DNA of 64,000 bases, from the NCBI GenBank assembly GCA_009392915.1, contig CP045477.1:704001-768000 (forward strand), given 5' to 3'. This DNA comes from Candidatus Forterrea multitransposorum CG_2015-17_Forterrea_25_41. GTDB taxonomy: Archaea > Iainarchaeota > Iainarchaeia > Iainarchaeales > CSSED10-239. The notes under the pieces are model-generated. The model did no database searches. It worked only from the letters and a program-made list of their open reading frames with translations, and was not told the DNA's origin. The first letter of the stretch is position 1; each line of letters opens with the position of its first letter. The position numbers and the translations under genes were made by a program. This document shows, one piece after another, positions 1 to 9,456 of the stretch.

Positions 1-690
1 ATTTGTCTGTATTGCTTGTTTTGTTTCATCTAAAAGATCAGAAATTAAATCTTCATTTTCAGAAGTTTGTAAAAAAATACTAGATCTTGAAACTTTTTCA
101 AAAAGAATATAATTATTTGTAAGAGAAGTATTAAAATAAACTAAAGACTTCTGAACATCAAGTAAATGACTCATTTCTTTGTTTGTAGGATGTCTTTCTA
201 AAACATCTTCTATTCTTTTTAGTTTTTTATTAATTAATTTTAAAAAATACAAATAGGATTTAGTAGAAGTTAACATTAACCTTAAAGTAAAATAAACTGT
301 ATTAAAAGTATACTTTTTTTCTTTCATTCTTAAGATAGTATTATTATTTTTCTTAAAAGAAATAGTCACAACAATTTCTTTTGTTAAAATAATACCTAAA
401 GGCACAGTATCATATTCTTTATCTGCTCTATAATGAGTTTCTTCTGGTGTTTTAATAATTATAAAAATTAAACCATCATTCTTTAAATCAAATAAAGGAA
501 TTTCTTCTTCATCTGAAAGAGAAAGAATATCTTGTTTTAAATCTTCAAAATCTTTTTTTTTAATTTTTAAAATTTTAGATAATTTTTCAATATCTGCTTC
601 TGTAGGGTTTGATAAATGAATCCAGCTTTCTGATTGTACTTTTTTAAAAGTCTTAAGACCAGTTAGTGTTGGTTTGAAATATTCAATCAT
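1..690 (-). CDS. Partial CDS (N-terminal part, continues past the window start); possible CorA-like Mg2+/Co2+ transporter cytoplasmic domain
   Basis: Reverse-strand ORF with ATG at 688-690, open to position 1. Translation begins MIEYFKPTLTGLKTFKKVQSESWIHLSNPTEADIEKLSKIL...DLLDETKQAIQTN. The W-I-x-L-xxPTeeE...L motif resembles the CorA N-terminal domain. No TM segment has appeared yet. Confidence 0.35.
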   Translation of the reverse strand, partial: MIEYFKPTLTGLKTFKKVQSESWIHLSNPTEADIEKLSKILKIKKKDFEDLKQDILSLSDEEEIPLFDLKNDGLIFIIIKTPEETHYRADKEYDTVPLGIILTKEIVVTISFKKNNNTILRMKEKKYTFNTVYFTLRLMLTSTKSYLYFLKLINKKLKRIEDVLERHPTNKEMSHLLDVQKSLVYFNTSLTNNYILFEKVSRSSIFLQTSENEDLISDLLDETKQAIQTN

Positions 691-783
691 AATTTAATGT
701 CACCCTAATATATAAATAAATAGTATTGTTTCTACTTTAAAAAAATAGTACATCAATTAATTTTTAAATAGCATGTATTTATT

Positions 784-1587
784 CTACTCTAAAAGCCAAG
801 GATCATAGATAAATAATTTTTTATTTTCAAAATCAATAAAAACAGGAAGAGAATGGTTTTCTTTAGAAAAATGAGGATAAATATCTTTTATTAAAGCATT
901 AGAAGATATTTTTAAATCTTTATAAGTATATAAAAATTGATTTACTTTTTTTTCTACTTTATAAAGATTATTTCTAATTTCTTTAATATCTGTATCTTTA
1001 ATTAGTTTTTTTTTAAAAGCAATTTCTACATCCATTAGCTTTTCTTGAAATTCATAAAAAATAAAAGATTTCTTATTTATTTTATCAACATATCCAAAAT
1101 GAGCAGGAATTACATTAAAACCAGCTTTTGAAATAACATCTAAAGCTTTAATTTCTGAAGCTCCATGAAAATTATTAAATAAATCAACAGAATCAGCTGT
1201 ATGTTTTACAAAATATTTAGAAGAAGAGGAACCAGATTTAATTTCAAATAATAAATAATCTTGAGTATGAAAAGAATTAAGAGAAGGTTTTTCTAAACTT
1301 TTTAAAGAAACAATTAATGGTTTATTTGAAATTGATTTTAAAGTAATTGAAGTTTCTTTAACTCTTTTACTATTAAAAGATCTTACTTCTTCAAACATTT
1401 TTAAAAAAGAAGGAATTAATTTAGGAATGATTGCAACTTTTGATTTTGCATGTTTAGAATAAACTAATTCCCTTCTATTCCCAATAACTTGTTTTAAAGG
1501 ATTTTTTTTACCAACAGTATCTTTTAAAGACTTATAAACTTTTGAAGAAAATTTAAATTTATTTTTAATATTAAATAATCTAATCAT
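784..1587 (-). CDS. Hypothetical protein, paralogue of 21770..22567 (unknown family; faint kinase-like signatures)
   Basis: Shares blocks with the 21770..22567 product: ALDVISKAGFNVIPAHFGY / ALDIINQAGFNIIKPHFAY, SFIFYEFQ / SFIFYEYQ, LPVFIDFENKKLFIYDP / LPVFIDFENKKLFLFDP. Confidence 0.5.
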   Translation of the reverse strand: MIRLFNIKNKFKFSSKVYKSLKDTVGKKNPLKQVIGNRRELVYSKHAKSKVAIIPKLIPSFLKMFEEVRSFNSKRVKETSITLKSISNKPLIVSLKSLEKPSLNSFHTQDYLLFEIKSGSSSSKYFVKHTADSVDLFNNFHGASEIKALDVISKAGFNVIPAHFGYVDKINKKSFIFYEFQEKLMDVEIAFKKKLIKDTDIKEIRNNLYKVEKKVNQFLYTYKDLKISSNALIKDIYPHFSKENHSLPVFIDFENKKLFIYDPWLLE

Positions 1588-1610
1588 TTATTTTCTTTTT
1601 TAAATAAATT

Positions 1611-2942
1611 TTAAATAACTTCAATTGAGTCTGCTAAAAACTCAATTTGTGAAGAAAAGCTATTTAATTTAGCTCTACCTGAAAGTTTAATTCTTTTTCC
1701 TAAAAGTTCATTTTCAAGTCTATCAAAGATAGTTAATTTATCTTCATCTGATAATTCTTTTTTTAAATCTTCTTTATTAAGAGAGAATAGTTTTTCAGCT
1801 AAATCAGAAAAGAAAACAACTTTTAAAATACCAGTTCCATCATCAATATCAATAGAACCAAATAAATTTGTATTAACATCAACTACTTTAGAACATTTTT
1901 CACAAATGAAATCTCCATTTATAATTTGTACTTTTTCATTACATTCTTTACATTTAAAATATCTTAAGTTATTTCTATTTATAGAAACAATTAAACCTTC
2001 AAGAGAATAATTTCTTCCATCTTCTAAAGATTCAATTTTTCCTTCTTCTAAAGATTTTGTAAGTGTTAAGATATCTGAAAGAGAAGGTATTTTTTTAGAA
2101 GTTTTTGGATTTTTTAAAACTGTTGAAAACCAATTTAAACTAACTTCAAGATCATAAAGACCTTCTTTAACTCTTAAATCACTTAATTTTACTAAATCTC
2201 CTTTTGAAAGATTTTCTAAAATATAATCTGGCCATGGGTCCCATGCTACAAATCTTAAAGACTTAATACCATCTGATACTTCAAAGTTTAAAACACTTTT
2301 ATCTCTATCGTCTTTTCCTTTAAAAGTATTTTTATTATAGATAGCTGTTATTCTTCCAATAACATCAATTAATTGTTCAGTTGCAGAAATATCTGAAACA
2401 TCAACTAAATTTTCTTCCTTTGGAGGAATTAATGGAAAATCTTTAGGATCTAAAAGTATTGAACCTCCTTGTCTTAGAGAAAGTTCTTTTTTATCATTAT
2501 AAGTTGTAATATATGCATCTTTAATTAAAATTTTTGAATTTTTATCTAAATTAAGAGAACTTATAAACTCTGAATGTTCATTCCAAAGATTTAATTTTAT
2601 TTCTCCAGTATCATCAAAAATAAAAAGAGAAGTTATTTTTCCTTTTGAACCATCTTTTTGAGTATAATATCTTGGAGGAGAAATAAATTTTATTCTTGCA
2701 TAAATAGAAGCTGCATCTTGAATATTATCTAAATCTTTTATTTTAACTATTGCAGAAGTTGATTGTTTAATATCTAAGTTAACACCTAGTTGTTTTGCAA
2801 GCATTATACTTGCACCAACTTCTGATAAAAGACCTTGATATTTAGCTTTTATTTTTTCAAGTTCTTCTAAAAGAAAAGGTTCATCTTTACCTGTTTCTTC
2901 CATTACTCTATTAAATATTTGTTTAGCATCGTTTAATTCCAT
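1611..2942 (-). CDS. Replication protein A-like ssDNA-binding protein (multiple OB folds plus C4 zinc ribbon)
   Basis: 443 aa. Repeated OB-fold-like segments and a CxxC...CxxC motif (CKECNEKVQIINGDFICEKCSKV), typical of archaeal RPA. Confidence 0.55.
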   Translation of the reverse strand: MELNDAKQIFNRVMEETGKDEPFLLEELEKIKAKYQGLLSEVGASIMLAKQLGVNLDIKQSTSAIVKIKDLDNIQDAASIYARIKFISPPRYYTQKDGSKGKITSLFIFDDTGEIKLNLWNEHSEFISSLNLDKNSKILIKDAYITTYNDKKELSLRQGGSILLDPKDFPLIPPKEENLVDVSDISATEQLIDVIGRITAIYNKNTFKGKDDRDKSVLNFEVSDGIKSLRFVAWDPWPDYILENLSKGDLVKLSDLRVKEGLYDLEVSLNWFSTVLKNPKTSKKIPSLSDILTLTKSLEEGKIESLEDGRNYSLEGLIVSINRNNLRYFKCKECNEKVQIINGDFICEKCSKVVDVNTNLFGSIDIDDGTGILKVVFFSDLAEKLFSLNKEDLKKELSDEDKLTIFDRLENELLGKRIKLSGRAKLNSFSSQIEFLADSIEVI

Positions 2943-3032
2943 AAGTAGTTCACAAATATAATTATAGAATGAAAATATTAATAAAGGGTAAGTTTTATTG
3001 TTATGTAGTAATTAAAGAAAAATAGGTTTTAA

Positions 3033-3251
3033 TTAAAAAAACCTATTCTCTTTAGTTGTAATTTCTAAAGATTCTAAAGAAATATTCTCTTGATTATAAG
3101 TAGTTTGAGAATAATTAATATTATCTTTAAAAATATACATGTTTATTTCTTCTTTTTTTTTAAAAGAAAAATCTGTTTGCACAGCTAAAAGTAAAGATGC
3201 AATTATTACTAAAGCTACACCTATTACTAAATGTCTTGTTTTTATTTTCAT
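3033..3251 (-). CDS. Small signal-anchored hypothetical protein
   Basis: 72 aa. N-terminal hydrophobic segment VIGVALVIIASLLLAV. Confidence 0.25.
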   Translation of the reverse strand: MKIKTRHLVIGVALVIIASLLLAVQTDFSFKKKEEINMYIFKDNINYSQTTYNQENISLESLEITTKENRFF

Positions 3252-3408
3252 TTTTAGTCACCTTTTTTTATAATTGTTTGATCGCTCTTAGTTTTATTTT
3301 AGAAAAATAAAAACTAGAAAAAGATTTCTGTTGAAATAAAATGTTAAACAAAATGTTTTTAAAGCAAAGCTTAAAGATAAACATAAAAAAAAGAAAAAAA
3401 TGGTTTAA

Positions 3409-3786
3409 TTAACCATTATAAGGATATTCTTTTTCAGTTTCAATACCGTACTTTTCATCTGAAAAGTCATAATTAGATTCTTCATCAGTATTTTCACTAC
3501 CGTCAGGTTCAATGTATGGATATTCTTTTTCAGTGGTTATACCTTTATCACTAGTAAAAGTATATGGATATTTATCTTCAGTTGTAATACCATGATCCAT
3601 TGTACTTGTAGGACTAACAGCACCTTTATCAACCCAATCTACATCATCTGAAGAAGACATGGTATAAGGATATTCTTTTTCAGTTGTTAAACCTTTATCT
3701 TTTGTAGAACTAAAAGATAAAAGTAAAGCAAAAGCAACAACTATTGCAAAAATTGCAACTAAATATATCTTTTTCATATTTCTCAA
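3409..3786 (-). CDS. Secreted repeat protein with five G-I-T-T-E-K-E-Y-P-Y repeats
   Basis: Signal-peptide-like N-terminus (KKIYLVAIFAIVVAFALLLSFSS), then five copies of a [GL]TTE[KD][EK]YPY motif spaced about 18-25 aa apart. Confidence 0.45.
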   Translation of the reverse strand: MRNMKKIYLVAIFAIVVAFALLLSFSSTKDKGLTTEKEYPYTMSSSDDVDWVDKGAVSPTSTMDHGITTEDKYPYTFTSDKGITTEKEYPYIEPDGSENTDEESNYDFSDEKYGIETEKEYPYNG

Positions 3787-3929
3787 CTCATTTATTATTT
3801 TTTAATATAATAATTATATAAAAGATATATAAATAAATCGGTTAATTAAAAAAAATACATTTTTAAAAGTAACATACATATATATTGTTAAAAATAAACA
3901 TTTTTTAAAAAAAAGGAAAACACTTTATT

Positions 3930-5051
3930 ATGGATATAATAAATAAAAACTTAGAAAGTTATTTTAGTCTTGCAAATCAATTAAAGGAAGCGTTTAATAA
4001 TAAAAAATATGCCTTTATTAAATCAGTTTATATTCATGGTTCTTTTGCAAGAGGAGAAATTACTCCTAAAGAAAGTGATATTAACTTAATGATTTTTACT
4101 AAGAAAAAAGAAATTTTAGAAAAAGAAATTGAAACTATCTATAATATTAAACAAAAAATTGAAAGTAATTATTCAATAAAAATAGAATTTAAAATAAATA
4201 ATATTGAGAAAAATAGTCTTAAAAACATTACAACAGATATGTTCTATCCTTATCTTTATGATTTTATATTAAATAGCTTTTATATCTACGGAGAAAGAAT
4301 AGAAGACAAATTATTAAAAATTTTAAAAAATAAAACCTATTTTGAATTTTCATTTGAAACTACAAGTGTTTTTTCAAAAATAAGAATTGATTTTTTAGAA
4401 AATTATTTTAAAGAAAATAAATATAGAATGTACCATAATCTTTACAAATATTCAAGACTTTTAAAACAATTAAAAGTAAATGAAGAAGATATAGAAAAAT
4501 TAGTTTTAAAAATAACAGATTATAAAAATATAGATAAAGAAGAAATATTAAAATACATACTTAAATTTGAAGAACTTCTTGAAAAAGCAGATCTTAAAGA
4601 AATATATGAAAATAATAAAAAATTAAAATTATTTTTAGGATATGCAAAAGGAAGTTTAATCTATAATACTAAAACTAAAAAACTATTAATCCTTAGAGAA
4701 GATAGAAACATCTGTTCTTTTTGGTCAAAATCAGAAAAACAAGTAAAAAATAAAATTACTTTAAAAGATATCAAAAAAGATATTAAAGATAATTGTGGAA
4801 TTGATAAAATAACAATTGTTAAAAACAAAATAGGGGAATGTCATAATTGGTATGAAAAAGAAGACAATAGCTTTAAGAAAATACACACAGAATACTATTA
4901 TGCAACCACAGATTCTCCTGAAATGCCAATAAAAGATAATTGTTATGCATGGATTAAATTAAATGAAATTCAAAAATATATTTCTTCTCCTTGTCTTGGA
5001 TATATTGCAAAAGCATTCTATGAAGATTATATTAAAAAATTAGAAAAATAA
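3930..5051 (+). CDS. Nucleotidyltransferase-domain protein (pol-beta/MNT-like fold) with unknown C-terminal domain
   Basis: HGSFARGEITPKESDINLMIF matches the G[SG]-x9-13-[DE]h[DE]h minimal nucleotidyltransferase motif. 373 aa. Confidence 0.55.
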   Translation: MDIINKNLESYFSLANQLKEAFNNKKYAFIKSVYIHGSFARGEITPKESDINLMIFTKKKEILEKEIETIYNIKQKIESNYSIKIEFKINNIEKNSLKNITTDMFYPYLYDFILNSFYIYGERIEDKLLKILKNKTYFEFSFETTSVFSKIRIDFLENYFKENKYRMYHNLYKYSRLLKQLKVNEEDIEKLVLKITDYKNIDKEEILKYILKFEELLEKADLKEIYENNKKLKLFLGYAKGSLIYNTKTKKLLILREDRNICSFWSKSEKQVKNKITLKDIKKDIKDNCGIDKITIVKNKIGECHNWYEKEDNSFKKIHTEYYYATTDSPEMPIKDNCYAWIKLNEIQKYISSPCLGYIAKAFYEDYIKKLEK

Positions 5052-5063
5052 AAAATGTACGTA

Positions 5064-5099
5064 AAAATGTAAGAAATCACTAATTTTTCTTACATTTTT
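5064..5099. terminator. Perfect 14-bp inverted repeat between convergent genes (candidate bidirectional terminator)
   Basis: AAAAATGTAAGAAA (5064-5077), an 8-nt loop, then TTTCTTACATTTTT (5086-5099). It lies 13 nt after the stop of the + gene and before the 3' end of the - gene at 5140. Confidence 0.45.
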
Positions 5100-5139
5100 T
5101 AGAAAGAAAACAACCAGTCAAAAATAACAAAAGAGACCA

Positions 5140-5322
5140 TTATTTAGATTTTTTTAAATGAGGAAATTTATCTAAAAATTCTTTTTCAGAATACATTTTT
5201 AATTTGTTTTTTTTAATATCTGAAAGTTCTTTTTTAATTGCTTTTCCAACTTTATATAATTCTTCCTTATCTATAACAAAATTAAAAGAATATTTCTTTT
5301 TTAAAAAACTTTCTTTATTCAT
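5140..5322 (-). CDS. Small lysine-rich hypothetical protein
   Basis: 60-aa ORF only. Confidence 0.2.
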   Translation of the reverse strand: MNKESFLKKKYSFNFVIDKEELYKVGKAIKKELSDIKKNKLKMYSEKEFLDKFPHLKKSK

Positions 5323-5437
5323 AACAATTAACCTCTATTTAAAATATAAAAAATAATAACATTTAAATAAACTATTAACCTACTATAATAATATATTTTA
5401 CACATTATATAAATTTAAAACAAAAACTTGAAAACAT

Positions 5438-7750
5438 ATGAAGATAGGAAACTACACTGTTGGAGACCATGTAGTTACAACTGAAGGTAATAAGAAAAAA
5501 TTAGTTTTTGATTGTAGAAATTGTCCTTATAATACATCAATTGCAGAAGACCCTAGATGTAGGTTTCATGCAATGAAAGTTTTAGAAACTGTTGATGCTG
5601 ATGAAATAATCTTAGCTGAAGTTTATGAAAGAAACTATAATGAAGAACAAACTAAATATTTAAAAGAAATGGTAAACCTACTTTTAGAATTTGAAAATAG
5701 AGCTGTCTGGGTATCACAACATCTTGGAATAAAGGATATTGATTGTGATGAATGTTATCCTGAAAGACATAATAATATTATTAAATTTGCAAGAGAACTT
5801 TTAGCATATGATCCTATAGCCTCATATATTAGTCTTTTAAAAGAAATAGAAAATACAAAAAACAGAGGAAATGAAAGAAAAGGACAACCATGTGAACCAT
5901 GTTTTGTTGCAAATGTTAAACATTTATCAAAATTAAAAGAAATGTTTGAAAAAACAGATTTTATAAGAAAAATAAAACCTTTATTATTAAAAATAAAAGA
6001 TTTATCTGAAGTTACAGACATCTATAGAACAATTTTTGAAGTTGAAATTAAACCTGCATTTATTGGTTCAAAATTAACTTTTAAAGACATGGATACTTTA
6101 GAACTTCTAGATGAATATCAAGTATTAAACACAACAGTTCAAATTTTTAAACATCCAGAAAAAGTTGAAAACATTTATTTAATTAATCCTCCTGAATATA
6201 CCTTATCACCAGATCATTATTTTGTTTTAACTAAAACAAAAGAAACTGTTGCAAACTATAAACCAGGAAAAGTAACTTTAACAACTGGAGAGTCTACAAG
6301 AAAATATTTCCAAAGAATATATCAATCAACAATTATTGATATTGCAAAAAAATATAATATTGAACTTTCACCTGATGATGTTTATTCACTTTCAGAAATT
6401 GTTACAAGATACACTATTGGATATGGGGTTTTAGAATTATTATTATCAGATAAACAAGTTACAGATGTTTATCTAGATTCACCATTAGGTGCAAAACCAA
6501 TATATTTAGTGCATTCAAAATATGGACAATGTCAAACAAATGTACATTATCCAGAAAAAGATGCAGAAAGCTTTGTTGGAAAAATAAGAGCAATGTCTGG
6601 AAGACCATTTGATGATGCACACCCTGTCTTAGACTTTGATATGCCAGACTTAAATACCAGAATTGCAGTTATTGGAAGACCTCTTGCAACAGATGGTATA
6701 GCTTTTGCTTTTAGGTTACATAAAGATACTCCATGGACTTTACCACAACTTATAAATGTTAAATCCTTAAATCCTTTAGCTGCTGGAATGTTAAGTTTCT
6801 TTATTGATAATAACTCAACTCTTTTAGTTGCAGGATCTCGTGGTGCAGGAAAAACTTCACTTATGACAGCTTTAATGCTTGAAATTTTACAAAATGCAAG
6901 AATTATTGTGCAAGAAGACACTTTAGAGCTTCCTATAACTTATATGAAAGATATTGGTTTTAATGCTCAAAGATTAAAAACAAGATCTGCAATTGGAGGA
7001 TCAGGAGATCAATCTAATGCAGAAGTAAAACCTGAAGATGCTTTAAGAACAGCCTTAAGATTAGGTGATTCTGCTTTAATTGTTGGAGAAGTAAGATCAG
7101 TTGAAGCAAAAGTACTGTATGAAGCCATGAGAGTTGGTGCTGCAGGGAACGTTGTTATGGGAACTATTCACGCAGACTCAGCTTATGCTGTATGGGATAG
7201 AGTAGTTAATGATTTAGGAGTGCCTACCACTTCATTTAAAGCAACAGACATTATTGTTGTTGCAAAGCCAATTAGGTTTAAAGGTTCTCTTAAAAGTTAT
7301 AGAAGAGTTGTACAGATAACAGAAGTTAGAAAACATTGGAATGATGATCCTGAAGCTGAAGGTGGAATTTTAAATTTAATGGAATATGATGCTTCTAAAG
7401 ATACTTTAGTTTTAAACGAAGATGCTTTAAAAGATTCTGAAATCTTTTCAAAAATATCTAAACTTACAGGTATGACAATTGAAGAGATTTGGGATAATAT
7501 TACTTTAAGATCAAAAGAAAAGAAATTCCAAGTAGAATTTGCAAATGAAAAAGGAGTAATTGAACTTTTGGAAGCTGAACATACTGTTTTTGTGCATAAT
7601 AAACTACTTATTACAAAAGAAGACTATTTAGAAGAACATGGAAAAACAGATTATGATCAAGTCTTTGAGCTTTGGAAGAAATGGTATATAGAAAAGTTTG
7701 CTCCAAGGATGATGAAGAGAATAATTGAGAATAGAAAAAGTGAAGAATAG
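5438..7750 (+). CDS. GspE/VirB11/FlaI-family secretion ATPase with a Cys-rich N-terminal extension (orphan, no adjacent platform gene)
   Basis: Walker A VAGSRGAGKTSLMTAL and Asp box IIVQEDTLEL. N-terminus has CRNCPYNT...CRFH, CDEC and CEPC clusters. 770 aa. Confidence 0.7.
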   Translation: MKIGNYTVGDHVVTTEGNKKKLVFDCRNCPYNTSIAEDPRCRFHAMKVLETVDADEIILAEVYERNYNEEQTKYLKEMVNLLLEFENRAVWVSQHLGIKDIDCDECYPERHNNIIKFARELLAYDPIASYISLLKEIENTKNRGNERKGQPCEPCFVANVKHLSKLKEMFEKTDFIRKIKPLLLKIKDLSEVTDIYRTIFEVEIKPAFIGSKLTFKDMDTLELLDEYQVLNTTVQIFKHPEKVENIYLINPPEYTLSPDHYFVLTKTKETVANYKPGKVTLTTGESTRKYFQRIYQSTIIDIAKKYNIELSPDDVYSLSEIVTRYTIGYGVLELLLSDKQVTDVYLDSPLGAKPIYLVHSKYGQCQTNVHYPEKDAESFVGKIRAMSGRPFDDAHPVLDFDMPDLNTRIAVIGRPLATDGIAFAFRLHKDTPWTLPQLINVKSLNPLAAGMLSFFIDNNSTLLVAGSRGAGKTSLMTALMLEILQNARIIVQEDTLELPITYMKDIGFNAQRLKTRSAIGGSGDQSNAEVKPEDALRTALRLGDSALIVGEVRSVEAKVLYEAMRVGAAGNVVMGTIHADSAYAVWDRVVNDLGVPTTSFKATDIIVVAKPIRFKGSLKSYRRVVQITEVRKHWNDDPEAEGGILNLMEYDASKDTLVLNEDALKDSEIFSKISKLTGMTIEEIWDNITLRSKEKKFQVEFANEKGVIELLEAEHTVFVHNKLLITKEDYLEEHGKTDYDQVFELWKKWYIEKFAPRMMKRIIENRKSEE

Positions 7751-7770
7751 TTTTTTCCTCTTCACTTTAA

Positions 7771-8091
7771 ATGTTTAAGTTACTTTTTTTAACATCTTTT
7801 AAAAAATATAATACAGACATAAACATATTTAAAATAATTGGAACTAATATATTGATGGTTGAAAGAATATTTAAAAAAATGAAGAGTATGGAAACTAAAT
7901 TTAAAAAAGCAATAGAGCTTCTTGAAAAAACAAATGCTACTTTATCTGAAGGAGCAAAACTTTCAGGGCTTAACTACAGAGATTTTTATGAAAAGGTCAT
8001 AGAAAGTAAGGTATTATCAAAGACAGAGATCAATAAAAGAGAAATAGATGTTAAAGAAATTGATGATGTTTTAAAAAAAATAAAAGTTTAA
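7771..8091 (+). CDS. Small putative HTH DNA-binding protein (Fis/HTH_8-like)
   Basis: KAIELLEKTNATLSEGAKLSGLNYRDFYEKV resembles Fis-type helix-turn-helix. The real start may be the internal ATG at 7879 (MKSMETKF...). Confidence 0.3.
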   Translation: MFKLLFLTSFKKYNTDINIFKIIGTNILMVERIFKKMKSMETKFKKAIELLEKTNATLSEGAKLSGLNYRDFYEKVIESKVLSKTEINKREIDVKEIDDVLKKIKV

Positions 8092-8109
8092 AAAGAAAAA
8101 AATTATTTT

Positions 8110-9456
8110 TTATAAAAAATATCTTGGAACCTCTAACAAACTTAAAAAGATACAAGCAGGAATAACTAACCTATTTTCTACAAAAACATCTCCAGGGGGC
8201 AAAACTGATTTAGATAATATTAAATAGTCTTTAACAAAATTAACATTATTTGGTTTTATTAAAGTATTTCTATATTTTACTTCTACTGCTTTTTTAAAAA
8301 CAATAAAATCAATTTCTTTTTTATCAACATTAAAATAAGATAAATCTAAATTATATAGATTATGTAAATGACTTGCAACAATGTTTTCAACTATAACACC
8401 TAATTTTTGTTCATTAAATAACAATTCTTTACTTTGAGCAAAATAATCTATATTTTTATAAAAATTTGTAATTGCATGTATTATAAAAGGATCTTTTACA
8501 TAAAATTTTTTAAGAATAGAAGATTGATTTTCTTTAACTTCAAAAACAACTAATAGCTCTGACAAAGTATTTAAGTAACTTTTAATAACATCTTGAGAAT
8601 AACCTGTTTTTTGTTGAATTGTAGAATATTTAATTTGGTTTGATAAAGAATCTATTAAAACTCTTAAAATTGCAATAGATTTTTGTTTATCTATTTTTTC
8701 AAATATTTTTTCTACAATATCTTCATAATATTTTTCAGATATATGATTTTTTTCAAAAAAAGAATTTATTGTTTCTGGAAAACCACCAGTTAATAAATAA
8801 TTATAGAAATATTTATTAATTTCTTCAAAATAATTTTCTAATAATTTATATTTCTCATAAATTAAAGTATTATCTTCACTTAGATTTATATGGTTATTTA
8901 ATATTACATCATGTAGTTTTAGGTTTTCTTTTTTTAATATAGTTAAAATATATTGTCTAAAAGTTAATGGGCCCATAATATTTTTTTTTTCAGACCTTCC
9001 AATTAGATATTGCCTACAAGCATCTATTGCTCTTGGATCAGAACCAGTAACAAATACACAAACATCTTTTAATAAATTTAAATCTTTTAAAGATTTTAAA
9101 AATAAACAACCTTCTTTTAAAGACTGAATTTCATCTAATAAAATTATTTTTTTATTATTTATTTTAATATCATGTTCTATAGTTTTTATTAATTCACTAG
9201 ATCTTATATTTAAAAGAGTGTCAAAATTAATGTAAGTAGAAGTATTTGGGTTATCTTGAGCAATTTTTTTTAAAAAAATAGTTTTTCCAACTCTTCTAGG
9301 GCCCTTTATTAAGTATATTTTGTTAGGAGCTATCTCTAATTGCTTTCTTTCGATGGAATATCTATTATTTTTTATTTTGGTAATCTCTAAGTCTTCTTTT
9401 CCTTGCCACCAAGGATTTTGTAAAATTATGTTTTTCCAATCAAGCATATATATCAT
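8110..9456 (-). CDS. Archaeal AAA+ ATPase (COG1373/DUF4143-type)
   Basis: Walker A LIKGPRRVGKTIF and Walker B ILLDEIQ. The domain organisation is typical of the archaeal 'predicted ATPase' family. Confidence 0.65.
   Translation of the reverse strand: MIYMLDWKNIILQNPWWQGKEDLEITKIKNNRYSIERKQLEIAPNKIYLIKGPRRVGKTIFLKKIAQDNPNTSTYINFDTLLNIRSSELIKTIEHDIKINNKKIILLDEIQSLKEGCLFLKSLKDLNLLKDVCVFVTGSDPRAIDACRQYLIGRSEKKNIMGPLTFRQYILTILKKENLKLHDVILNNHINLSEDNTLIYEKYKLLENYFEEINKYFYNYLLTGGFPETINSFFEKNHISEKYYEDIVEKIFEKIDKQKSIAILRVLIDSLSNQIKYSTIQQKTGYSQDVIKSYLNTLSELLVVFEVKENQSSILKKFYVKDPFIIHAITNFYKNIDYFAQSKELLFNEQKLGVIVENIVASHLHNLYNLDLSYFNVDKKEIDFIVFKKAVEVKYRNTLIKPNNVNFVKDYLILSKSVLPPGDVFVENRLVIPACIFLSLLEVPRYFL

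Noticed and set aside
784-1587. Calling the paralogous family a RIO/Bud32 kinase
   Set aside because: There is no HxD/HGD catalytic loop, no glycine-rich loop and no metal-binding Asn. Only a loose resemblance remains, so I kept it as an unknown family.
5755-6921. Antisense ORFs 5755..6021 and 6547..6921 inside the secretion ATPase gene
   Set aside because: They are fully embedded antisense in a well-supported CDS, with low-complexity translations. I treat them as shadow ORFs. The same applies to 11561..11830, 13616..13990, 16322..16522, 19415..19645, 21730..22023, 22309..22527, 23985..24233, 25710..25943, 28581..28784, 28986..29198, 34690..34887, 34933..35229, 35968..36189, 40427..40708, 40608..40805, 45466..45657, 45702..46010, 46030..46254, 46749..46964, 47280..47666, 48361..48588, 51585..51836, 53155..53364, 55174..55383, 57796..58002 and 61312..61536.
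8092-8135. AT-only palindromes (for example ATTATTTTTTATAAAAAAT) as terminators
   Set aside because: A/T-only dyads occur by chance very often in DNA of this composition. I kept only hairpins with mixed-base stems of 10 bp or more, or recurrence.
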